In this document: piece by piece, positions 49,902-60,840 of the stretch
Numbering within the stretch: the stretch's first letter is position 1
How the letters are laid out: the number at the start of each line of letters is the position of its first letter
Assembly (NCBI RefSeq): GCF_030684315.1
Contig: NC_081362.1
Coordinates: forward strand, 97,261,187 to 97,325,186
Direction of reading: 5' to 3'
DNA: 64,000 nt
Source of the DNA: Stegostoma tigrinum
Lineage: Eukaryota
The notes under the pieces: model-generated
What the model was told of the DNA's origin: nothing
The model's input: only the letters and a program-made list of their open reading frames with translations
Databases searched by the model: none
Position numbers and translations under genes: made by a program

Positions 49902-51331
49902 TGTACTTTGTAGATAGCACGCACCCACTCACCATCCTGACTTGGAAATATATCACCGTTCCTTCAATGTTGCTGGGTCATAATTCAGGAATACCCTCCC
50001 GAAGGGCATTGTGGGTCGACCTACAGCACATGGGCTGCAGCGGTTCAAGAAGGCAGCTCAGCCCCACCTTCTCAAGAGGCAAATAGGGACGGGTAGTAAA
50101 TGCTATGACATCCACATCCCACAAAAAGGACGGGATGTGGCAGTGTGATTAAGGCAGGAAACAGTGACCCCAGGTTTCCAACAGATAGCTCCTAGCCTGC
50201 TTGAACAAAGAGTCAGATCCTGGGAGGATGATGGGCCTTAGTGATGAATTAAGTATCTTAAAGTCATGGCACCTTGCCATGACAGAAACCTTGCAAAAAG
50301 AAATTGAAATTTACATTTGATTTGAATGGAAGAAAAATGAATCCAACACTAGTATTCCAAACTGAAATAAAGGGAACTTATGTGGCCAGAAAGCCAAGAG
50401 ATTTCTGATGTGAGCTAGCATACTAGACTCCCAGGCTAGGAGATAGACCAATAGAGACAAAATGGCAGACACTAAGGGAGATATTTCAGTATACCTAGAA
50501 TAATTGTACTCCGACTATAAAGAAAAATTCTGAAGGGCCAACACACCACCTCTAGTTAACTATAGAACTTAAGGAAAACATCAAACCTAAGGAAACATCA
50601 TCTAACAATACAAAGGTGAGCAGCAGGTTAGACAATTAGCCAAAATATGAAGAATGCTAGAAAATGACTAAAAGGCTATTGAGATGGAAAAAATTAGAGG
50701 AGAAGAGGAAGTTAGCTAGAAATGTAAAAATGAATAACAAATGCTTTGGTAGGCATGAAAAGGAAAAATGTAAATAAAAGTAGATGCTGGTCTGTGAGAG
50801 AGAGTGTGAGAATGTTGATCCAATTGCAGATAAGGAAATGACAAATGAAATGCACTAACATGTTTCTTCTACCCTCACCACTGGGGTTACACAATCACAT
50901 TCCAGTTCCAAAGAGGAGCCAAATTCGACTCAACTGTTGACTGTTTTTCTCTCCACAGATGCTACCAGACCTGCTAAGTTTCTCCAGTTATTTTAGATTT
51001 TGAGCATCCCAGTATTTTGCATTTATCTCCAATGGATTTATTGGTGATTATATTTGTAAGCTTTGAGAAGCATCTGTTTTGTTTTTCCTTTATTCATTCA
51101 TGGGATGAGACTGTCACTGTCCAGGGTAGCATTTATCACCCGTCACTAAATGCCCAGAGGGAAGTTAAGAGTCAACCACATTGCTGTGGGTCTGGAGTCA
51201 CATGTAGGCCAGACCAGGTAAGGGTGGCAGTTTCCTTCCCTAAAGGATGTTAGTGAACCAGATGGGTTGTTCCAAAAATTGGCAATACTCTTAATTGCAG
51301 ATTTTTAAAAATTGAATTCAAATTCCACCAT

Positions 51332-51554
51332 AGATAATAAGGTGTAGAGCTAAATGAACACAGCAGGCTAAGCAGCATCAGAGAAGCAGGAAAGCTCACG
51401 TTTCAGGCCTAGACCCAAAATTCATTTCTGAAGAAGGGCCTATGCCTGAAACATCAGCTTTCCTGCTCCTCTGATGCTGCTTGGCCTGCTGTGTTCATCC
51501 AGCTCTACACCTTGTTATCTCAGATTCTCCAGCATCTGCAGTTCATACAATCTC
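51332..51554. mobile_element. Fold-back PLE-A mini-element inserted in an antisense SINE
   Basis: Inverted arms, CTGAAGA...GAAAC core, 14-bp TSD TCAAATT(C/T)CACCAT at 51318-51331 and 51555-51568. Confidence 0.8.
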
Positions 51555-51865
51555 TCAAATTTCACCATTGTGGGATTCGAACCCAGTTCTCCAAAACATT
51601 ATCTAGATCTCTGGATTAACAATTTGATTATAATACCACTATGCCATTGTCTCCCCCTGATATTTCAATATATCCTGTACTGTGTCCAGTTCTTCAATAT
51701 CCTTTTGCTGGAGAACTTGCCACAATCCTCCAAATCTTCAAACCAGGTGAAAATTAAACAAGTTTGTAGTTCTTGTGAATGATGAACAAGATGCTAAACA
51801 TCAGTGCAAACCAGTGAAGAACATTGTACATGTGACAATGTGTACACTGCAGAGCCATAACAAGA

Positions 51866-52251
51866 CTTTTCATTGGAGAAAAGGAGGAGGAGAGGGGACC
51901 TAATTGAGGTATACAAGATAATGAGAGGCATAGATAGAGTCGATAGCCAGAGACTATTTCCCAGGGCAGAAATGGCTAGCACGAGGGGTCATAGTTTTAA
52001 GCTGGTTGGTGGAAAGTACAGAGGGGATGTCAGAGGCAGGTTCTTTACGCAGAGAGTTGTGAGAGCATGGAATGCGTTGCCAGCAGCAGTTGTGGAAGCA
52101 AGGTCATTGGGGTCATTTAAGAGACTGCTGGACATGCATATGGTCACAGAAATTTGAGGGTGCATACATGAGGATCAATGGTCGGCACAACATTGTGGGC
52201 TGAAGGGCCTGTTCTGTGCTGTACTGTTCTATGTTCTATGTTCTATGTTCT
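51866..52251 (+). mobile_element. Young CR1 3' fragment
   Basis: Near-identical to 49515-49900; (TGTTCTA)n tail; AAGACT on both flanks. Confidence 0.92.
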
Positions 52252-52334
52252 AAGACTCTATAGTACCTATTTTACAATCTGTCAGTCCAGAGTTTCTATC
52301 CTTCAGTAATTTATATCATTCCATTTGGTTACAG

Positions 52335-52376
52335 AAACCAGATGATGTCCAAGTTGATGCTAATCAGATTTATATG
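52335..52376 (+). CDS. Exon 6: cytoplasmic (KPDDVQVDANQIYM)
   Basis: TTACAG acceptor, ATG|GTAAGG donor, 42 nt, phase 0/0; acidic residues before a Tyr; unique sequence among repeats. Confidence 0.65.
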
Positions 52377-52478
52377 GTAAGGAACCTAAAATCCAGTCAG
52401 TTCAGTCATTCCAAGCAACAATGTTCTATCAAAAAGTATTCATTCGTGTTTTTGTTTTCTCTCCTTTCTGTTAATAAG

Positions 52479-52496
52479 AATGTGCCTTCAAAATGA
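52479..52496 (+). CDS. Exon 7: terminal coding exon (NVPSK*), completing YMNV
   Basis: Long polypyrimidine tract then TAAG acceptor after a 102-bp intron; the total CDS of 1020 nt is a multiple of three. Confidence 0.6.
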   Translation, partial: NVPSK

Positions 52497-54099
52497 GAAG
52501 TTCCTTCCTGATGGCTGACCAGGTAGGTTCATGTTAATTCCAGGCGACCTTCATATGCGTGATAGGGGGACATCTTTGACATTCAGTTTACAGCAATGAT
52601 ACCTGGGCTTCAGGAGTTAGGTTATGAGGAGAGATCGTACAAATTACGCCTGTTTTCTCCATAATTTAGAAGGTAAATGGCTGATCTGAGCAAAGTCTTC
52701 AACGTATTAACAGGAAAAGACAGGGTAGATGCAGATAAGCTATTTCCACTGGTTGGGGATCCTAGAATTAGGGGCATACTGTGAGAATTTGGACCAGGCT
52801 GTTCAGGAGTGAGGTTACAAAGCACTTCCACACACAGAGGGCAGTCAGTGTTTGAAACTGTCTTTCACAAATACCGGTGGATGTTGGATCAGTCACTAAT
52901 TTTAAATCTTGGTCAGATATGTTTCTTTTAAGCAAAAGATATTAAGGGATTTGGGTCAAGACAGGTAGACGGAGTTAGGCCACAGATCAGCCACGATCTC
53001 AGTGAATGGTGGAACAGGCTCAAGGGGCTGAATGGCCTACTCATGTTCCTATGTTCCTCTGACGCTGTATTTTGATAGCGGTGTTGCCTGTCGTTACTTG
53101 CCATGCCAAGTGTGGAGATCACAACGCTTATAATCTGCAGGTTTTACAATGTTTACAACCCTGGGGGACAGTAATAACATGTTTGTACAATGAAGGGAAA
53201 GCTCCAAACAGCTGATTTAGTGTGTAAATTGCTGGTGGTGATGAGATGTGGACAGTCTGACATTAACAGGAAGAAATATGGGAAAAAGGAAGGTCCACAG
53301 GCTTCAAAAAAAAAGCTGATGTAGAAGATAATGATGGATCCAGAATTTTTGGAACTCCTTGGTGTAATTTCTGTGCAGGTTCAGAATGGCTACTGCCACA
53401 ATAACATGATGACTCACCAGGAATGCATCTTTACACAGAGGGGAAAGAACAGTCTACATTTACTGATTGTCCATGTTAGACCCAAAATGCACAGTCTGTA
53501 CCAGCAGCACTGTACACTGACTCAGTGGCTACTCACTTGTTATTGAAAGAGAGCCATTTCATTTCTGGGCTACATTCATGAGAAACATTGCGAGGAAAAG
53601 GGGGTTTGATGTGCAGAAGCGGAGGTGAGGTGATGTTGATGTGAACAGGGCACTGAAAGAGAGTGAACGCGTCATATTCTAGATAGCACTACGATTTAAG
53701 AAGACCCAGAGTTCAGCAATGTTGTAAACTGTGAGGAAATGGTAATGGAGCTGACGAGGGTGTTGACCTACTGGTGAAATGGGCAGGCACACGACAGATG
53801 GAATTTAAAGCAGAGAATTGTGATGTGAAGTGCAGATGAGGGTAAATAGCAGAATTTTAAAGGGAGGGGGTGGCAGGTGTGAACAGAGACAGGAACCTGG
53901 GGCTATTGCGCTAAGCTGTGCTCCTAGCTATTTCTACTTCTGGAAACTGAAGCTGAACCGGGCTGTTTGCAATCGGAGTGTCATCTGTGTGCTTAGGATG
54001 GGTATCATCTGTGTGCAATTGCTCGGGCTGCCCATCTCAATCTCCCAAATATGACATGGCAGCTCACCTACCAAAGCTCACTTGCTCCGGTCTCCCTGT

Positions 54100-54590
54100 T
54101 GTAGGAAAGATATTGTTAAGCTTGAAACGGTGCAGAACAGATTTAGAAGAATGTTGCTGTGACTGGAGGGTTTGAGCTACGGGAACAGATTGAATAGACT
54201 GGGGCTATTTTTCATGGAATGTCGGAGGCTGAAGAGTAACCTTATAGAATCTTATAAAATCATGGGGAGCATGGATACACTGAATATCCAAGGTCTTTTC
54301 CCCAGGGTAGGGGAGTCCAAAACTTGAGGACATAGGTTTAAGGAGACAGGGGAAAGATTTAAAAGAGACCTAAGAGGCAACTTTTTCACTCAGAGGATGG
54401 TATGTGTATGGAAGGAGCTGCCAGAGGAAGCGGTGGAGGCTGGTACAATTACAACATTTAAAAGGCATCTGGATGGGTACATGAATAGGAAGGGTTTAGA
54501 GGGATATAGACCAAAGACTGGCAAATGGGACTAGACTAATTTTGGATCTGTGATTGGTATGGACAAGCCAGACCAAAGGGTCTGTGTCTT
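54100..54590 (+). mobile_element. Old CR1 3' fragment
   Basis: Homologous to the other CR1 3' ends in the window. Confidence 0.75.
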
Positions 54591-54927
54591 TGAAAGGATA
54601 AACATCGATTTTAAGTATTAGGAGGAAACACTAGATTTCCTGAGCACCTACAGCCAGCCCTCTGGAGGTCTACAGAGTGATGGACTCCAAACTGACCCAA
54701 CAATGGTTCCCTCATCCCCAGCCCAAGACTGAGGGAGAGGTGAGGGTGGGTGGGAGGTGGTGGGGGGTAGAAGCAGGCGCCACCTGGTCCCACGCTCTCC
54801 AATTAGCCCACAGTCAGCACAGAGTGGTGAGTTCACTTTAATCAGTGTGTTTCTCCCCTAACTCAGACATGAGATACTGAAACTGAGGGCATCTCTCCCA
54901 ATATCTTCGTCATGGAGTTTACCTCAT

Positions 54928-55280
54928 GGGGGAGGAGACCACCTAGTGGTGTTATCGCTGGACTATTAATTTAGAGACCAGGTAATGTTCTGGGGATCTG
55001 GGTTTGAATCCTACCATGGCAGATGGCAAAATTTGAATTCAATAAAATTCTAGAATTAAGAGTCTAATAATAACCATGTGTTGATTGTCAGGAAAAACTC
55101 ATCTGATTCACTTATGCCCTGTAAGGAGGGAAACTGCTATTCTTACCTAGTCAGGTCTCCATGTGACTCCAGACCCGCAGCAATGTGGTTGACTCTTAAC
55201 TGCCCTCTGGGCAATTAGGGATGGATAATAAATGCTGCCTAGCCAGCAACACCCTCATCTTGTGAACGAATGAAAAAAAA
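54928..55280 (+). mobile_element. tRNA-derived SINE, near full length
   Basis: tRNA-like head, conserved body ending CTTAACTGCCCTCT, tail GGGCAATTAGGGATGGATAATAAATGCT plus A-run. Confidence 0.82.
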
Positions 55281-58200
55281 AGGAGTTTATAGATGCATGA
55301 ATTATCAGGGAATTAAGGTCAGGGCCAGATCAGCCAGGACCTTAAAGAGTGGTGGACAGTCTGGGAGGGATTGACTGGCCTATTCCTGCTCCTATTTCTA
55401 ACATTATTATTTGTCACCTTCTGATAATTCCAACATTCATCTGATCTATTCTCGAGACACCTAATGCTGGCCTGAATCTTGCTAACTGTGTTCTCACTCT
55501 CATCAAGTCCCATTTCCCCCATGATCACTGACCTACACTGACTCCTGGTTGAACAACATCCCAATTTTTAAATTCTTAGTCTTGTTTTCAGAACTTTCGA
55601 TGGCCTTTTCACTTTCTATCTCTGTAATAACCTCCTGCGACTTTCTGGGATTTCTACCCTGCTCTAATTCTGGCCGTTGGTGTATTCTTATTTTAATCAC
55701 ATTCTCCTGTTCCTGTGGCTGTCTGGAACCTAAGCTCTGGAACCTCCCTCACTATACCTCTCCACCTCTGCCCCTCCCTCCCTTTCTTCCCTCACCCTCT
55801 GCACTTCTCCATTTCTTTCACTCACCTCTACCCCTGTGCAGCTCTCCACCATTCCCACATTCTCCCTCAACTTTCTCCCACTCTTCCCTCCAACTTTCCC
55901 CATCTGTATCTCTACACATCTCCACTTCTGCTTTTCCCTCTTCTCCTCTCCAGTGCTTTACCTCTCCATTTCTCCATTGCTCCAGTTTGTGTACAATGTT
56001 CGTCTCCTTGCCTGAGAAAGGGTACCATTTTAGATTTTAAATGCCTTAAGGGCTATGGGGAGAAAGCAGGAATATAGCACTGAGATAGAGGGTTGGCCAT
56101 GATCAGATTGCTTGGTGGAACAGGTTCGGAGGGCCAAATGGCCTGCTCCTGCTTCTAGTTTCTACATTTCTACCTTTCTATCTCTCTATTCCACCATCCT
56201 ACCACCTACTCTTATCTCCATTACCTCATCTCTCCAACTGTTCACCTTTTCATACCTGTCCCTTAAAGCATTAACCAGGTTAAAGGGTACTGTATCAATG
56301 AAAGTTAACTTGTCCCTATTTTAAATGAATGACCATGCCAGTCACTGGCCTTTAACCTATTCCTATTTGATTTGAACAGACAATGAACATGAACTTCAAT
56401 ACTGCACCAGTTGGAACAGCATTTCTTGAACCTATGGAAGGATCTCCTTGCTCATTTCCTTGCTCCTCAGCAGCAGCCTCTAAATCACCAGGACTCCCAC
56501 TTGCTGTAGGTTTGTCTGTAATCAGTAGACACAGATTGGATCACACACTCCTCTCCTGCATTTCTGTGAGCCTAACCCTACCCTGATGTTAGCGATGATT
56601 CTAAATGACTGCTCCAGACTGAGGAACAAATCCTTCGAATGTACAGCTCAATGCTCAGCGCCCACCTAGCGTCACTGCAATCATTTCTGAGGATTGAACC
56701 TTTCAGTAGGGCCTGTACTGGCCTTGAAGTGGGGAAGGAGAGCTGGAGAACCACCAGAATAATAACAGCATTACTAGGATTAAATTATGAGAACGGGTTC
56801 CATAGATTAGGTCTGTACTCCCTTGAGTTGGAATAATTGAGTGGGAGATTTAGTTAAGACATTCAGGAAGTGGATACAGAGGAATTACTAATTGTTGAGG
56901 ATCAAAACAACTGACTGAATCTTTAAATGTGACCAATTAGAGATGAGGTGGTTGTGAATTTGAAAGAGTTTTCCCCTCCCAGTGACAAACAGTGACTGAG
57001 CGTGAACTGGCCTCTGTCCAGGCATGGAATGTGTCATCTTGAATATCCCATCTTTGGCTGGCAGTTTCATCAATCTAAGCAATTTAATTACAAAAAAATA
57101 TCCAGCAGGATTCTCCTTCTCCTGCTTTCTGCTCATCCCTTTATGGAGGTCTGTCCCTCGTACAAGCTGTGACCAAAATGTAACCTCTTTGTCCAGATCC
57201 TGGTCTGTTTGCTGTCCTTGAAGAGAGGCGATTAGATTACCCTGTGAACACACTGTTCTGTAGCATGACCTGACCCTGACACAGGGGTCAGACAGTTACA
57301 TCCTGGGAGCTAGGTGGGAAGTGAGGACAGCTGCCTTTAGAGACCAGCTGTGATGGCATGGGGGGGTGGGGGGGGGGGTGTCACGCCCATTATCTGCCAT
57401 CCCTTGCTGATGATGGGACAGGAACTAAATGCCCTGTGTCCTTCAGCCCATTGAGACTCATTGCTGGTCAATTCATAGCTGCCCAAAAGCTGGCCCCATC
57501 CCCAGTGGGACTTTACCAGCAGCACAAGCGGCATATTCCCACCCAGAGCAGGTCACCTGATGTCTCCCTGAGGATTTAGGGTTGAGCTGAGAATGGGAGG
57601 TCCCTCCTAAAACAAGGAGCTTGTGGTCCAGGTCACACCTTCAGAACATCAATGGCCTGCTCAGCTGGAAGACTGCTCCCTCCTATGACCAAGTGCCTGA
57701 GCCCACATTCACCAAAGAGGTTTATCTCCATGATCCTCAATCTCACCCAGCTTGGGTCCTCACCATCTCAGCTTCTCTGGGACCTTCCTGCCGTCCCAAT
57801 ACTGGCCATGACCCACAGTGGTGCTGCTGAGTCTGAAGGAATAAGGACCCTGCGATTGGCCAACAGCTCTGCAAAGGATAGAAGATCTTATATTTACGTA
57901 GTACCCTTTAACATGGTAACACCTTCCTGGAAACAGGGAATGCTGGATGTTCAGTGCCTAGGGACTGTAAAAGCTAGTTGTGATTTTTACAGCCTGTGCT
58001 GATAGCACTCCCTGACATTCTGGACAGTGAACAGAGACACCACCTTGGTGTAAATTCCAAAAATGTAAAGTTTCTTAGTTTCCTTCACAACATATTTCTG
58101 GCTGCACCAGTCCACATGCCTCATAGGCTCTGCTTGTTTATTACTTATTCTCAATAAACGTGAAAGGTTACTGGGAGCAGGTGGGAATGTGGTTTAATCA

Positions 58201-59147
58201 GATCAGTCACAATCTTACAAGGTTCCTAATTCATTTCTTTTTGACTAATTGTTCATTCTCTGAATTTTTGCAGCTAATTTTCAATTTCGTGAAGAATTTA
58301 AAGCTAAAATCAGTACAAAAGTGGCAGGACATACTGAGCAGATTGTTAAATGTCTGAAGGTGTTATATGAAAGAACCAGTGTTGTTTCTGTTTAAAGTAG
58401 TTATAAAAGATGAACATGGTTCACTGGGCTGCAGCCCATGGTTTAAAGGCCTTTAGATTCCAGCATGTACAGCAGGGCTTCTTCTCAGGTTCCTGATTCC
58501 CAGGGTAGGCTCTGAACACACCATTACTGATTATTCTGATTCACCGGGAATACTGGCGTATACAATCACCCACCTGAGAGGACAATTACCCCACATTCTA
58601 CAATTGCCCGTCTGGCCCCTCAGAAAATGGTTACCTAGCCTCACGAGAGTGGACACAGTTTCCCTCTGAAATACATGCCTGGAAGATGTAAGGGATCAAA
58701 ACTTCACACTATTCCAGCTGGGGTCTGACTAGTGCCTGGTATCATGTTGGAACACTGCCTTACTTTTATACATTGTTCCCTTCCCCATTTTCTGCTGAAC
58801 ACGGATGCCAGCTTCTTTGTGATTCCTGGAAGAGGAAACTCACAAATCCTTCTGTTCCATCGCATTGTGCAGAACAACCCAAATTGGGAATTGATGCCAT
58901 GAGTGGGGCCAAGAGCTGAGATCTTGGGGTCAGGAACTCTGAGCCAGCATTGTCCTCCTGTGCCCCTTTGCTGTGATAGATCGCCTCCTCACCCTCCCAC
59001 AGCTCACCGAGGGCTCACAATGCAAAATATGGCTCTAGTATCTCAACAGTTTTCACATCTCAAAATGGGGTGCAGATTTGGGAAGCATTTGCCTAGGAAT
59101 TCCGTTAAAGTACCTCACACTTTTCAACAACTCTACTTGATCCTGTT

Positions 59148-59445
59148 GGGGTGGCACAATGGCTCAGTGGTTAACACTGCTGCCTCACAGCGCCTGAACC
59201 CGGGTTTGATTCCAGCCTTGGGTCACTGTGTGGACTTTTGTACATTCTCCCTATGTCTGTGCGTGTTTACTCCGGGTGCTCCAGTTTCCTCGCACAGTCC
59301 AAAGATGTGCAGGCTAGGGTGGATTAGCCATGGGAAATGCAGTGTTATAGGGATAGATGTGGGTCTGGGTGGGATGCTCTTCAAAAGGGTCAGTGTTGAC
59401 TTGATGGGCTGAAAGGCCTGCATCTACACTGTGGGGATTCTATGA
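59148..59445 (+). mobile_element. V-SINE (HE1-like)
   Basis: GGTGGCACAATGGCTCAGTGGTTAACACTGCTGCCTCACAGCG head, V-domain and CR1-like tail. Confidence 0.82.
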
Positions 59446-60049
59446 TCCTTACCCCACTCCTATTCCCCAACCAACCCTTTCTGTTCTTACCCCAGCTTCT
59501 CCTGACATCCATATAGCTAAAGGCTCTCACTCATCCTGGTCTTGTTGTGGTAAATCTCCTGGGCACCCTCCTTGACCTTGCCATCCTTCCCAGAAATGTT
59601 CGGAGTCTAACTCCATCATTTTCTCAAGGATTTAATGTAATCTCTCAACTTATTTTGCTTTTTCACAGAAAGTGTGTGTTATTGCTCTCCCTGCTTTTGA
59701 ACACTCTTTACAATCGTCTTATCTGTATTGCATCTTTTTTTTATTATTCATTCATGTGAGGGCGTCGCTGGCCAAGCAGCATTTATTGCCTGTACTTAAT
59801 TACCCAGCTCAGAGTCAACCACATTGCTGTGGGTCTGGATTCCCATGCGGGCCAGACGAGGTAAGGCTGGCAGTTTCCTTCCCTAAAGGATGCTACTGAA
59901 CCAGATGGGTTTTTCCAACAATCCACAATAGATTCATGGTCAACATTAAACTCTTAATTCCAGATTTTTTTTTAATGGATTCAAATTTCACTATCTGCCA
60001 TGGCAGGATTCAAACCCAGGTCCCCAGAACATTAAAATAAACACAACAT

Positions 60050-60840
60050 GTAGATGGTCCCCTGGTGCTCATCTTCCACCCCTCAGCATCTACATCCAGA
60101 GGGCCATTAGCTATCATTTCTGCCATTTCCAGTGAGATGCCACTAGACACATATTCCCTTCCCCTCTCTTGTCCGCCTTCCACAGGGACCGTTCCCTCCA
60201 GAACACCCTGATCCACACTTCCTTCACCCCCAACACCTCCCCACAGCCCTACGGCACCTTCCCTTGTAACTGGTGAAGGTGCAACACCTGCCCATTTACC
60301 TCCTCCCTCCCCAGTATCCAAGGGCCCAAACATACCTTCCAGGTGAAGTGACACTTCACCTGCACTTCCCAGAATCTAGCCTCCTGCATTTGCTGCTCAC
60401 AATGTGGTCTCCTCTACACTGGGGAAACGAAGCCTAGACTGGGTGACCGCTTCGCAGAACATCTACGTTCTACTCACAAAAAAAGACCCTGAACGACCTG
60501 CTACCTGCCACTTCAATGAACCACCCTGCTCCCTGGCCAACATCTTTGTCTCTCGCTTGCTACAGTGTTACAGTGAAGCCCAACGCAAACTGGAAGAACA
60601 ACACTCATTTTCCAGAGATAATGGGAACCGCCAATGCTGGAGAATCCGAGATAACAAAGTGCGGAGATGGATGAGCACAAAAGCTGACGTTTTGTCCCAG
60701 ACCCTTCAGGCCTGAAATGTCAGCTTTTGTGCTCCTAAGATGCTGTTTGGCCTGCTGTGTTTATCCAACACTCATTTTCTGCTTGGGGACCCTACAGCCC
60801 TCTGGAGTTAACATTAAGTTGAATAACTTTGGAGTCTGAT
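60050..60840 (+). mobile_element. Degenerate PLE GIY-YIG region with a nested fold-back mini-element (60613-60765)
   Basis: CSQCGLLYTGETKPRLGDRFAEHLR readable in pieces; nested element flanked by 14-bp TSD CAACACTCATTTTC at 60599-60612 and 60766-60779. Confidence 0.75.

Noticed and set aside
52335-52496. ITAM split after YM as in CD3/FcR-gamma
   Set aside because: I found no downstream phase-0 exon giving xL-x6-8-YxxL; the best acceptor yields NVPSK-stop.
54928-55020. tRNA genes at SINE heads
   Set aside because: Degenerate cloverleaves followed by SINE bodies and LINE-derived tails.
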